Assembly (NCBI GenBank): GCA_002633005.1
Contig: NMRA01000377.1
Span: 320,619 to 384,618, forward strand
Reading direction: 5' to 3'
Length of the DNA: 64,000 bases
DNA from: Phoronis australis
Taxonomy: Eukaryota > Animalia > Phoronida
Below, one piece after another: positions 24,101-39,100 of this stretch (its first letter is position 1; each line of letters opens with the position of its first letter). The position numbers and the translations under genes are program-made. The notes beneath the pieces are model-generated. The model worked only from the letters and a program-made list of their open reading frames with translations. It was not told the DNA's origin and searched no databases.

Positions 24101-27100
24101 GGGTGGACAGGAGAGCACTGTGACCTACCGTCGAAGGAATTCGAAAATTGTACAGCAGGTATGAATTTGAATTAACAGAAAAACTTAAGATAAGGTCAAG
24201 CTGAAACATGACGGGTTGAAAATGTCGTTGCTGCAGTTCATGCAGGCTTTCAGTGAGCTCATTGGTTTGAAAGACAAACTCCAGACCGCGTAGAGACGAA
24301 ATCGGTTCTACGATAGTGAGGCGTGTGAGACCAAAGTTACCAATATTTTCCTTTAACAGTCATCCCCGTGAACTTCAGCTTCTGGTCATGCGCACACGGT
24401 AATCTTAAACTTTAATTTTTGCCCGGCGTTTTCAGTTTTCCACCGGCAAAATCAATAGTTCTCCCTAGACCAGGGATCTTCGAACAAGACCTCTGGGGCC
24501 GGAAAATTTCGGAAACTTTCAATTTACCGAAATGACAGCGTCCATAAAGAGCTCCCAGGGGTTCTTTCGGAAAATAGAGATGGCACTCGACACCCACGGT
24601 ACTCTCAGTGGGCTATGTTGAAAGAGGAAGTTTTTTCTTGCTCAGCAGTTTGTCTACAGTGTGAGACGTCTGAAGACACTTTTTTGACCTACGCGTCACT
24701 ACGCATGTGTCAAGTTCGACAACATATGTAATAACAGAGGGTTCTTTTAATTGAAATGAGATGAATTGAAAAACTTCAACATTCTTAGAAAGATAAAAAT
24801 GAGAGAATAATTTCACCTTAGCCCACACATTTCACTCTGTATTCGAAATATAAAACGACACCAAAAGAACCCGCACAATGGCCTTTTCGAACTTAATTGT
24901 TTCCAACAGGAGGGCGGTCGAGTCTTTGTTGGTGAGGTCCCTAGTCCTAAATCCCGGATACGGCATTAATTGACCTAGGGCTCTGTTGCGTATGGTGTCA
25001 CCTATAAGCAGTCTCTTATTTGATATTAATTACAGGTTTCGGGTGTTTGAACGACGGACAGTGCGTCCCTTATCTAAACAGCTTCTACTGCTGCTGCAAA
25101 CCAGGATGGAAAGGACCTCTCTGTGGTGAAGTCGCGCCAACAACAGCGTCTACGACAACAACTAAACTGGTGACGTCAGCATCCGGCTACACTGTCACTG
25201 TGACCACGTGGGTGAACCCAAGTCTTCATGCTGATATCGCGACCGGAATTCGTTTCGCCTGGGTTTTCACCAACGGTCTGAATTTACCCAACCTCGCTAT
25301 CACAATCGACAGCGTGGATTTTGCCTACGGATCTAACGCGTAAGCGTTTTACTTATAATTCCTTATGAAATGTCTGTGATTAAAGAAGAATAGTGGCTGT
25401 CTGACACAACTTACCTAAAACGATAGGCACTTTTCAATCTGTTCGTAGCCAACAAAATCATTAAGCGACAGTTATACTTCTCTTGTATCGTCGCTAATTA
25501 TTTCCTACACTGTACTTGTACCGTACAGAACGTTTTTGTGTCCTTTCACTGGGGCAGGATCATGACGTCCTTACCAACTGGTATGCGGCCCTTAGGTTGG
25601 GAGCGAAAATTTCCAAATTGATATGCACCATTTGACACTGCAGGTTGGACAGACGAAGTGCTAGTGTATAGTATTTTCTACCCAACACGATTAGAAAGGC
25701 TCAGTAGCCGGACTAGGAAAAGTACAACGTATAGGATCTGAGAACCATTTTCTAAATAAACGGCATTTGCAGTTTTAAATATTTCTTCCTTAAATATAGA
25801 CATTTATTGTTTATCTATAATAACAATAATAATTATTGTTGGGTTCCCGTGGCCATTACAAAAACCTTCGGGTAGGTGATGCTATAGATTTATTTTGGAG
25901 TCCAGCAGATTCACCACCATACTACGTCTTGTGGCCTTCATTAGCTTATAAATTCAGTCAGTCGAGACTTTCTACTCGGAGTCCGAGATAGTGAGGCCAG
26001 ATGCATTGTTGTTTAGTTCTGTTTTCACCACTTCTTTCAGCAACAAGGTTTCAGTGGTGACGTATACAGTACAACTGAAGAATCTGAACGTTGGGGTCGC
26101 TTCCCTGAAAACTCCGAGCAACATACGGTTAACTGACACCATTGCCGCTCTCACACAGCCCCAAATCACTGTTTACATGGGTACGAACGTGACGAAGCTG
26201 TCGAGAAGCAAGTATGAGGCTACAATTAGTGGGGTAGTCACAAAAGAGACCATTGTCATATCATGGGAAAACACATACCCAGGTGAGGAAACTCTGAATA
26301 TAACGAGTTATAAAGTAGACCAACATAGGGTGCGAAGGAATTCCCCTTACCTCCCTAATTTTGATCACAATCAGAGACCTTTTTCCCGATCCTGGCACTT
26401 GGTGATATCCATTCTAAACGAGAACCAACAAGAGCACGAGAGGAATGCCACGTACGTTATCAAACAGGACGTTGTTATGACAACCAGTTTGCCGGCTCTC
26501 CGTAGATGCAAGAATTTCTTAGATGCTGGGTCACGCAAACTCACCCCAGTGAAAAGCAAGTCTTTACTGGCGTACCCTAGTAAAATGACGGCCACAGAAG
26601 TGACTTGTTGGTGACGTTGGGATGTTGAATCGTTTGATAGAATTGTCTGTTTCCATAAGCGACGTTTTTCGCCATAAGGGCTTCGCGAGTGCTGCGGTCT
26701 ATGGAACGCAGCCTTGTTTACGCATACGCTTGTAGCCTACGCAACTTATGATTGGCGGATTTTGACTTTGGTGATACCGTATTTTTGGTATACAATCATA
26801 CCTACTCTTGTCCGTCCGCAGGTTCCGTAACGAAAACATTTTCTCATTCAAATATCAATTATGGTGTACGCCTACTCGCAAATAGGTCTTTGATTGAGTG
26901 AGCTTTTTGGCAATCATAGAAGCCATGGTTCCAAAGATGTCTAAAAGAACTTGTATTGCAGCGAAGTTTCGCACTAAAATGCAGTTCATTCATAATATTC
27001 TTGTAGGAAATGGAAAACCAGAATGGGGTCGCCTCCACAGATATGACTGGAGACTGTCAATTTAAATCTACCAAAAAGACGTGCCATATTGAATAATGTT

Positions 27101-30100
27101 ATCGTTTAGTTTGACGCTCGTCATCGACGGGGTGCGCTCTAGGAGTAGGGTCTACCGCTCGTGACGTGTAAAGGGCTTTTACACGTGCACATGAATCAGC
27201 ATAAAAAGATGCAAACGTGCCTTGTAAAGCCTGTTTCAAACAGTTTTTGACTAACAGGTCTCGTGAAGCAGCTGAACTCGAGTTATCCAGTTCATAAAAA
27301 CACGTAAGGAGCTGACCACGAACCACGCCCATTTCGTTCAACAGGTCAAATAGTAGTAAGACACAAAGGAAGCTTTTCTCTTTGACAACAAATGTACTCA
27401 CAGACGCCTAGCATTTCTGTACCAGATCCATATTTATGTGCTTTGAACTGTGCAGAGGTGCGTCCCGGACACGCAAGAAATTCTCCAGGCACTGCTTGCG
27501 GCGGGAAATCTTCACAAATGAAACAGAAACAGAGAATTCTAACCATAGTTCAACAACCCATTTTTGCCGTCCAATCACACTAGTGGTCGCCACTTTGTTG
27601 ATATACGCTATAAGCTGAGCTCACGAACATACTGGCGAAATGCTCGCGTGATTTGCCTGGTATTGCGTGATCGTGCATTTTCGCGAGTGCCTTGAGTCTA
27701 CGGAACGCACCCCCGATATGCTTTACGTTTGACAAAAAGTTTGATAAAAAATCGAGAGCTTGTTTCAGAACGGTTCAAGTTAGAATATTTTCTCAGCCTC
27801 GTACTATTCGAGACATGATTGGTCGTGTACCAAGTTTACTGTTTACCCAATATTTTGCAAATAAACTTTGGTATCTTTGCAGAATACAAAGAGTGCAGCT
27901 GCCTGACTGTAGAGATTTCCAAGCTATCAGTAATGTAAGTGAAACGTCAAAGGAATAGGACGCAAGGATATAAGATCGTCACAAACGAGAGTCCCACAAT
28001 GAATGAGCATAAGGGCCGCCGCAGACGGATAGCTACGAGCTGAGATGCGTGTCTCAAGTGAAATTTACCTCACGTCATTGTTACCCGCACACAGCGAGGC
28101 AAAATGCTCACTCACTTGACAACTATGTTCGTAAAAATCAACGAAAATGTAGTAAAACCTATTACAATGAGCGAGCGAGAGATTTGTTTTTGCCAGATGA
28201 TGCAATAATTAGTTTGTGTTGGTTACCGAGCACTTGGCTCCTCTCGCCTGCACATTATGAGAATCTACGTTCACCAGGTAAATGAAATGCAGCAAGTGAA
28301 ACAAAATCCTGGCTCATTTTGCCACGGACGTGAGCTACGAGCTGAGTTCATTTAGCATTTGGGGCGTGTAACTCTCCGTCTGTGCTGGGCTTTGGGGAAG
28401 GCCTTCCTCTGTAACAACAGCATGGATGTGACTGAGCAGGGCTCTGGGGCACTTGGTCCCTTGTCGATCCGAGCCGGTATTTCAACACGATGTTAAAATG
28501 CAAGTTCAAGCTATTTCATTTTTATTTAAAAAGTGAGAATTCGAGTTGTTTTGGGTTAATAATCGAGGCTATCTTCTGTTGTAGAACAAACGTGTTGTTA
28601 GTTTGAATTTTTAACGTCCGAGTTTGTAATTTGTCATAGAAAAATCTATATTGCTGTCACGATAATTCGATTACAGGAACATTATTAACGAGAAATGTAA
28701 TTTACTGAGATAAGTCCCAGCGCGGAATCGCCAAGCCTCTGCAGTCGCAGCCTAACGCTAGGCTGGCAGAGCTGACACCACTCGTCAAATGGCAAAGTAT
28801 TTTTAAGCGTATTCAACCGGTAAATACACTTGCTTTGATTTCAGAGGACAGCCTCGAGAATGGACAGTTCGTAATAAAGTCACAAAACACAACAGACTTT
28901 GTTGTTTTATACCTTTGGTCAAGGCTGAAAGCTTAAAGAAATCTATTCCATTCGATAATAATACCCAACATGCGTTTTCGGCCGTAAAACGAATGACGTG
29001 TACCCGAGTGATAACCGAAGTCTTACTACACACGTTTTAGTCAGTATTCTTGTGGATATATTTCAGCAACTCTTTCACTGTGCTCGAGTACTATGTAGTC
29101 GTAAATGAGACGCTCTTAACAAAGGCAGAGAAGGCTGCTCCAGTGTCTTATGTTACCAAGCAACCTCTAACGACCACTACTCTGAAAACCACCACTGGAC
29201 TGCTTACTACGACTGAGCCGCTAACTACGACTGTGCCACCGACTACGACGGAACTCTTGAGGATAGCCAAATACTCCATACGAGTAAACTCTTGGGTGAC
29301 GACGACCGACAACGACAAATTGGCTGAAGACCTAGAGAATGCTTGGCTATACTCTAACAGGCTGAAATATAAAGACATCCAGATAAAGATTACAATTGAA
29401 CACGTTGAATTTGCATTCGGTGTTGACCAGTAAGTTTGCGAAACAAGAGCCAAAATACTTAAAATCAGTGAAGTGCACAAAAATCTTTTCCACCATGTTC
29501 ACTGTTTAATCATGAACCAAATTTGTCTCAATGAGATCAGTTTACTAAGTGCATTGTAAAGGACTTCACTAAAGTATTTTTCCGAATATTCATAAGCTAG
29601 ATAAATGCATCATATTGTTACCTTTCCGATTTAACCACTACCAAATGCGAAGAAAAATACAAGGTTCGAGTGAGAAGCCATTGACTTGCATTTCAGACAA
29701 AGAGTTTCGATAATCAGCTATATTCTGGAAGTGTTGAACAAAGATATTGGTGTCAAGGATCTTCAACCAGCATCGGAACTGTTACTGGACATTTTAGTGG
29801 GCATCAGCTTTCCCATCTACAACAACGAGAGTATAACTTCTCTCACGTCTAACAACTACAAGCTCACAATTGGAGGTGTTGTGACGGAGGAGACGATCAG
29901 GTTGTCATGGGAGAATGCGTACGCGGGTAAGATTCAAGAATGTAACCTGTCGTTCAGTTTCCATAGACTTCACTCATCAGCCACTGATCACTTCATGAAA
30001 CACAAACTTGTGGCCGAGTAATTTAAAAAAATGTAACAAGGATAACATCTTCAGTGCCCATAGAGAGATAAATAATATATTTCGCTATTTAATTCTTGAA

Positions 30101-33100
30101 GGAATGCAATCATAATTTAACACAAAACAGAATTATTTGCAGTTGGCAAGGGGACCTCTAAAGGCTTACAAGACTCTTAGGTAGAGTCCACATTTAGTGT
30201 CCTATAATGCAATGTACAGCTAATTGTCTACAACTATAGCAGTATTATACAGACAAAAATGTGCAGCTTACAAGTTAAACATTCTTCTGTGAACAGAATG
30301 AAATAAGCGTAATGAACACAACAGTAGATCTGTCAACTAAAACATTACTGCAACTAACTGCTTACATTTATTGAAGTGACCTGAAGGGAAGGGATGAAAA
30401 TGACTTTAGCGAGCACATGAGAGGTTATGACAGTCATAGATGTAACATTTAGTGTTGTTCAACGCAAGTGAAGCAGTTAGATACTCTGCGACCCATATCA
30501 TATATTGATGTGAGTTTTTAGACAGAAAAGTCATTGAATGATTGAGTGATAATTTGAGTATGTGAAATCCAAGTACCGCGTTTCGTGAAGGTTCTCAGCT
30601 CATTCTTAGCTCTGACCCACTCTCTTTAATGCTCTTCGAGCACAAGAGTGCATAAAAATTATATATGCATACACATCCGCAACACCTCGTTGGTGTGTAT
30701 GATCGAACTTTGTTCATGAGAGAAAAGCGGAAATCTGGTCAAAAGACATGTAAATTCGTGGCTTCAAAAGTCGTACACGAATAGCCATAATTTTGTACCC
30801 TTAGTCTACCTTATACATTTAACTGTTTTTTGATCCGGTTATCACAAAGTATCCCGGCCCATTTTGTGAGTCGTATGAGTAAATACAATGATATGAAACA
30901 CCTCCGAGAGTTAACTTGAGGCTGTGAAAATACTCGAAGTTTACCGGATGCTCCGTGGGATAATTTGAGACCACTAAAATATTCGTGGTTTTCCGGATGA
31001 TACATCTAGTTCCTGAAGTACCAGAGGTGTTCCGGATTCCCCGAGACATAATTTGAGGCCACGAAAATACCCGAGGTGTTTCGGATGCTCCGTGGAACAA
31101 TTTGAGGCAATGAAAATATCCGTGGTGTTCCCGATGTTACATATAGGTACGGAAATACCCAAGGTGTTACGGATATTCGGAGGGATAATCGAGACCACGA
31201 AAATACAAGGGGTTCTTTGGATGATGTCTATAGTCCGCTAGCGAACACAACCATCTTCCAACTCCGGCCTCACAAGTGGCGAGTCCGTTGGCCAGCATCT
31301 GTGCTACACTGTATTCCTAATAAAAGTATTAGTAAAGAGTTATATGCCAAAAACGAGTGGCCTTTGAACAAGAATTGTACAGCCACAAATCGTGGTTAGC
31401 CACGTAGACCATTATTTAACAAATCCTAATTTAAATGAATACGTCATTATATTTCAGAGTACAAGAACTGCAGCTGTTTGAAGATACTGATTTCTAATCT
31501 GAAGATTGTGTAAGTAGTTTCGCTCTCGCGAAAATATTCTACGCTTGGAATTTCAATCTAGATCAAATGTTGGGATCAGAAATTTTCCACCACACTTATT
31601 TTTTGTTTCAAACTTCTAATATTACAGCAACTACGTTACCGAAGTCGAATATTTTGTCATCATTAATGACGGGAAGTTACTGAATGTCAGCCAGACAACA
31701 CCTCCGGCTACGATGATAACAGAAAGACCTCTAACGACACCTGTACGAAGCACTGCAATGACAACGGAATCGACAACCTCAGGAGAGACATCAGCGCCCC
31801 CACCTACTGCTTCCTCAGTTACAACTACAACAGTCTCACAACCGGACACAACAATAAAACGGGAGACAACCGAAGAGAGTACCACGTCGGCGAAAGCAAC
31901 AATTTCTAACCCGGCAAGCACAAATGGAAGATTATCAACGGTATTGGTGCCTGAGACAACACTTGGACAAGAAACAACAGGCAGTGCTACAACACCTACA
32001 ACGTCTATTGGGTTAACATCGACAGAGACAAATACAGCGATGCCTACAGTCGTGAGAACTGGAGAACCCATATACCTTTTGAAATGGATTGAGGTCCACA
32101 ACCTTCAGCTCATTGAAAATGCTATCTTGGTGGCATGGAAAGAGGTCAACCCCACCTTTACAGAATCAAACATTAACATTGTAATAACAGGCACAGAGAA
32201 CTCGTACGGAGAAAATGGGTAAGTAGGCATCCACGTAATATTTTACTTATAAAAAATCTATAGTTTTACAAAATTATGTCAGTCAAGCTCTTGAATTTCT
32301 TTATTTTTATTAATTTGGGCGTGTTTCAAACTATAAATCACCATTGCGAGCCGGCAGTGATAAGTGGAAGAACGTTGGGAAATGAATGCATCCCTTGCAA
32401 AATCATTTCCCGTTTCTCTTCATTTAAAGCATGTGTAAGAACAACCTTGAAAAGAAAACCAGGAAGTAATATGTTACCACAGAAGAAACTCACGTGACTA
32501 CCCGCCGTCAAGTCTCTCGGCCGACTCTATTTGCTTTAAAATTTGTATTAACATCTCGCCAACGACAACATTTCGTGAGAGGTTTGACCAAACTGAACTA
32601 CGATCTGATTTATATGTTGCAAAAGAAGAAAACCGTGCGTAGTGATCTACGTTCCGATTTGTATGCGTATTTCAACACATAGTCTCGTTTTCGAAATGTC
32701 CATAACACTCAAACGTAACTAGAGGGGATATGAATGACTAACTACCGACAACTATAAAGTATTAAAACTAACTGCAACTACTCTTTTTACCGTAAGTTCT
32801 ATGCCATTGGAGTGGAACATTTTCAATTGATGATATCCTTTGGAAAATTGTCATGAAGGCTTTAGAAACAAATTATTATATTCTTGTCGCTCATGGCGGA
32901 CACAATTTTCTGTAGTTGTGTAATTGCAAACTGTAATTGATTTGTGCTAAACCTTTTTGCGTCCTTACACTTAAGTTTTGATGAAGGGAAAAAGCTCACC
33001 ATTAACGACTTTTATGTAATCGCCTGTTTCGAACTACTTGTTGTGCAATATCCAAACCCAAACTACCATACATCCAAACAATTTTACAAATAACCTGCTA

Positions 33101-36100
33101 CTTCGGTCTTTGGAACGTGTATAACATTATGTACAATATAACTGGAAACCTACATGCATGTCGTAAATGTTCTAATTCAAAACTGTATTATTGTAGTGTT
33201 CAGCTGACCATCATCCACTATAAGGTGGAGATTTTTGGTCATGGAATCGACGTCACCAAGATCAGCACACCGTCAACAGATGTCGTAACTAGAGTGCTAC
33301 TGGTCCTTTTGGTGGATGTTACAGTCTACACCGGCAGCGTTGTCCCGAGACCAGCAATCTGTCGCTATGAACTTACCACATCCGGCGTGGTCACTAAAAC
33401 GAGTATCCTGGAAGCCTGGCTCACCACATTTCCCCGTACGTTGTCGATTTCATGCATACCTTCGTTAAAGGAACATTTCCTATTTACTCACTAACGAAAA
33501 CGAGTTCTAAACCACGAAATTTGTTATATTAAGAATTGTTTGACTAAATCAAATTCTTATCTTAAATTGCATTCCACGAAATAATGATATCTTAAATTCG
33601 TATTTTAATTTAAAGAAACATCGACCTCTATGTTAAGTCTGTTTTAAGAAGGAAACTGGCGTTCTGTCCCTTAACCACCCATAATGTGATTCAAACCTTT
33701 GCTTACCACGGCTGAAGACTTTTATTCTAAGCAAGCAGGTTAATAGCAGTGCACGGAAAACGAGTGCTAAACTGTCATGATAATGAGCGGGTGGGATTAG
33801 TCAATCCTTCCAACAATAGACTGTTTTTTGCCGTTCTTTTTAAAATTATGGGACCCGTTCGTTAGACGTTATCAGCTTAGAATTTCCCTGTTCAGGCAAA
33901 ACTGAAGAGCAAATGCACTTTTCACTATGTACTTTGCAGTGCCACTTATTCTGTGGTCGTTAGCTTGAGCAATAAGTAGCTTCGGAATGCAATTCGGCAG
34001 CTAATGAACTGGGCGTTAATCAGCCCTGCTTATACTTTTCAGAGTACAAGAACTGCGGTTGTTTGGATATCGAGATCCTTACGATGGACATAACGTAAGT
34101 AACGTCGGCTTGGATATCATAATGCATTAGACCTTGTATGTATAAAATAATATTTTAAGCCAGTGTTTGATTTAAGTATCAGCCGCCGACTTTCTAAAAG
34201 TCTATTTCTCATAACGAACGAGAATTTGGCATTATCTTTCTTACCTCACTTTATGACGCAATAATCCCAACTCATTTAGATTGAGTGTTGATCGGATGAA
34301 GAGTGTTGCGCAGTTTGCTGCCGACTTGATATATGCCGATATTTGCCCCTTTATGTTCGTTTACAATCTTTTCATTTGCACAATGGAGCTGATGCCGTTG
34401 GCAATAAATTATAAAGAGATATTTGTCACACACTAATTAATACAACTATCCAACTACATATCATCTGTAGCTTCTTTCCTCTCTGTTTTTCAATTGTTCC
34501 CAAAACGCACGGAAGCTCCATATAAACAACTGTGCGAACGCAGAACATTTTTTAGGACTGTCAGCAGTATGGTACAATGCTAGAGGTCTTGAAGGCAATA
34601 CATTGCCATAACGGTGAGTCCCAAAGTTTTCGTGGTTGCGTATGTGAATTAAATGATCGCCTATAATTAATAATTATGAACTATTTCGTAATCTATTTCA
34701 GAAAAACACAGACGATCGTAACGTATTTTGTGCTTGTCAACGGCACTGCCCTCAACTCCACATCGAATCCTCCACCTACTGAATTTGTGACACAAACATA
34801 TGTTCCGACTACCACGTCATCCGTCACTGGCACATACAACCAATCGGCATACTATACCTCTACCACAGCTCTACCAACAACGCCTCCTACGGCAGTTGAC
34901 GTCATTACCAACCAAACGATAACTCTTTTAGGTTGGAAGACTGATTTAACTGTTATCGAACGAGCTATTATGACGGCATGGTTTGAGGTCAACGCCGTTT
35001 CACTGTTCGACTTCCGAGTCAAGATCACTAAAATAGAAAAAGTAATTGGAAATAATGGGTAAGTATCCTATTTGCTATTATGTAACAACTTTTCAAACAC
35101 AATTTCGAATTTTGGCAAAAGTCGGGATGCTGAGAGCTGTTAAACTGGACTCTGTTTTTTCCTTTAACCGACAAAATAATTATTTTTAGGCTTACTTTTT
35201 GTAACAGGAGGCGTTTACAATTTTTACTAGTTAGGTACTGACACAGTGTAACCAAAGACCAGGTATCTTATGACATTCTCTATTTATCTTCATTTGCAGA
35301 GTTCAAGTTGTCGACGTGGTGTACAAGATTGACGTCTTCACCGCAAATGTTACGCTTTCAATTCCAAGTTTAGAGGTTTTAAAGAAAAGTTTGACCATTT
35401 CCAACGTCAAGACCTACGTCGGAGGATTAACAAAACGGGACAAATACGCTTACGAGTTAACGATCAAGGAAACGGTTACTGTAGACTACATCGTGAGTTT
35501 GTGGGAGGAAACTTACACTGGTACGACTTTGCTGTTGTTAATGTTCAGCTAAAATGTTATCTAGGCGAGAAACAAGTTTCTGTTTTAAAAAGTGGATTCT
35601 TTGCCTTACGAAGCACTAGAATTAATGCTGTCTAATTCACATTTGCAAAGTTCATTTAATAAAGGCTAGTTTTCGTTTTTTAATGCTACCTTCATTTGAT
35701 GCACTTGACTGACGGTTTAGACGGGGCAACTGCCTGAAACGTCTGATTGGTCTATGAGCTGAAAATCAGCATCCAGAACAAATCATACATGTATGTTGTA
35801 GCCGGCTGATCGGCATATTAAGGACTGGCGTGATAATTATGGTAGTGATCATTGATAATAACGTCATGCTCTTTGACAACTGTAAATTAACTTACCTTTC
35901 AAGCTGCAATCAACGTGTCTACTTTGATTTAGAAAATGCCTTGAATGCTTGTCTCGTTTTTAGAATTGAAGGGATGTGGCTGCGTGGAAATTGACATATC
36001 ATCCGAGTCCCTAAACGTGTAAGTCCATTTTCAAATCACATGTCTTAAAGCGCACCAACGCGCTTACTTTTCGATTTTTATTTTGCAACTCCATTGTTTA

Positions 36101-39100
36101 TAATTGGAACGTAAGCTCGTCTGAGTCAGATTTTTCATACCTTATCGGTTTCGTAATCACGATGATAAATGACCTCGATCAACATTGTTATTTTTCAGCA
36201 CCACGGGTTTGACTACTGTTGTATATTTCGTTACAATCAATCAGACAACAATGAACCCATCCATTAAACAGCCTCCATCTACGAATTTTAAAGTAACAAC
36301 CACTGCAGCTTTAATCAACACTACCACTACTGGCACTGCTGCTCCTCAAAGCAGCCAATCGTCTGCAATAACTATAACATCTGAGACGACGACCTGGCAA
36401 TCGTCGGTTTCACAACGTCTTTCGAGCACGCTTGAATACGCGTCAACGGATGGACATTTTCAATCAACACCCACTTTATCTCCTGGGCATCCTTCCACTA
36501 CACTAATCGTGTCAGCCATGACGACAACTCAGGAAAACGTGATATCAGCATCTCCAAAAACGGAATTCACCACGGACAGTAGGCCTCCCACAAGCACCGA
36601 GGAAATTACTGAATCTATGTCAACCCAGACGCCAAAAGGTACAACCTTAAAGCCATCATTAACGACTGAAGCAGAACTCACAACTGGTTCCTCGACAATT
36701 GCTTTCTCTCGAGAAACTGATGTCGTTAGACAGACTACCAGCGTTAGGAATGATTTGTCAACAACTGAGGGACGAGTGACAGCGTCGCCAAGTAAAGAAA
36801 CTACAACTCTTGCAGCCGTGGACAAAGTGGAAAACCTAACTATTGTTGTTCAAAAGTGGATTAACGAGGTGGACATTGAAATCGTGAAGAAATCGCTGTT
36901 GGAATCGTGGATTCTGACTAATAAGGAGGTTCTAAACTCATCTTACGTGAGGATCAACGTTGTAGAAGTTCAAAGAGGATTCGGCGTGAACACGTAAGTT
37001 TTCCGCAATTGTTTTTTTAGTTATACAAGGCTATTTCAACTGAAGTAACTTTCTAATGGCTAGTCCTTTACCAAATTTCGAATTTCGTGTGCTCGTTCGC
37101 GACTTTTGTACTTCGTCTTACTAGATTCCGTAAGCACGTGTACCAGTAAAGGTAAGTGGCGAAGTAAGAATCAGTTTCAAGCCGACTTTAACCCGAATCG
37201 GAAAATCATTGAATTCCCTTTAAATCTGGAGACTCTGAGAAAGCACACATAACTGCTGGTTACTGAAGTGATTTGTGAAAACAATTTTCTGACTATAATG
37301 CACTCATAATTATTTTGTTTAAAACTTTACTCAGCACTTGTAAAGTACGATAGTACGATGAAATTTGGGTAGCAAGCCTTACGCCATTGTTTAAAAATAT
37401 ACAGGACCCAGATGTTCGTATCCTAACATGTTTTCCGCCATACAAGACTCATTAAAAACACAGTATTGTGAATTGCTTCTCAGTGTCGACATTAGGTTTA
37501 TAAGACACAATCTGGAAATTCTGGTAACTGGTGTTTTGGTGACTGTTCAGGGATAGGTGCTAATAAACATTTACTCTAAAATCTATGCAAATACAGTAGT
37601 GTTTGTAGAGTAAACGTGCTCGTAATGCTCTTTTGTATAACTTATGTCGCTCCAATAGTAAGGATGCAAAGTGAATGAAGCAAACATTTCAAAAGATGAA
37701 CTTTTAAGAGTTTGAGGCCTTTAATAGTTCAAAGATCAAGTGCTAATGACATTTACTCTAAAAAGCTAAGCGGAATGTGCTGTGAAGACGTAAGAAACGT
37801 GAAAAATGCAAGGTAATACCCTGCAGTACGATCAAATCACGTGATTACACTAACCTTTATCGCGGTGTCCACGGAAATGTCGGGGGTCTTTTTTAAAAAA
37901 CTGACTAAAAACTTAATTCCGAATTTTATCTTGAACTCTTCACGTCTATTCCTGAATTTCACTAAGCATTGAAAGATGTTAAGTGTCTGAGAATATTTAT
38001 ATGACTGCCAGTTACTAAGGTAATTTTTGTAAACTTTAATTTGACTATGTTACACTCATAATTAATTGACTAAACCTTCATTCAGTAATTGCTTTTCAGT
38101 GTCGAGATAACGTACATCAGATACAATGTGGAGATTCTGGTAACTGGTGTTTTGGTGACTGATATAAAGGAACCTACAGCGTCAACGATAGAGCAAATAG
38201 TCAAAACATCTAATGTTACCGTAACTATCTACACCAAAGAAGTTAAGCTCACGGAATATCACTTTGTTATTTTGCTGATTGGAGATGTCACAGAAAGACG
38301 GATCCGTGAGGTCTGGGAACTACGCTACCCTCGTAAGTATCACCAACTAGCAAACGTTCCGATTACTTGAATTTTTAACAATATATTCCAGATTAACTGG
38401 TCGTAATACTCATACTTCGTGACCTATATTATAATTTATGCTTGTGGATTTTTTCAGGTTATATTCAGTGTAGCTGCCTTGAAATCAAGATTGTGAAAAA
38501 GACTGTTATCAAGTAAGACCCAATTTACCTAAAAACCAATCTATAGCTTACAAAAAGTATTGGATATGTGAGTATTTACATTGTTGAACATTGTTGTTAC
38601 ATGTGTGTGGATGTTTGGTGACTGTTTCCTCTCAAAAATAATCTCAATACGATGTATAAGCCTGAGTTGAAACGAGTGCTAATGGATTTCAATGTAATCT
38701 GAAATGTCTCGATGGCATTACAAAAATGAAATCAAGTTTATCCTTTTTCCAGAGTGAACACCTATGAAGTGACATACTTTGTCCTTGAGAATAACACAGT
38801 CATCGATCCTCGTATAGTAACCCCACCGACAGCTGCGAACCAATCAACACCAAGCTCTCAGATCACAGTGACAACTCCAGAGCAAATTGGCAACTTGACA
38901 ACTGCTAAGGCAATGAAGTCATCAATTGGCGTCACTGCTACTACCCAGTCCATGGAAGTCTCTACAACTGCATTAAACACCAATGAAGTTGGAGTAACGA
39001 CAGAAACAACGCCAAACGTTTTGAAAACTACAACTGTGCCAGCCGTGAACGTAATCACAAACAAAACTATTGTTGTTAATCACTGGATCAAACAAGTTGA

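Noticed and set aside
27099-27618. Cluster of overlapping short ORFs as a nested gene or transposase
   Set aside because: No recognisable domain or consistent exon chain.
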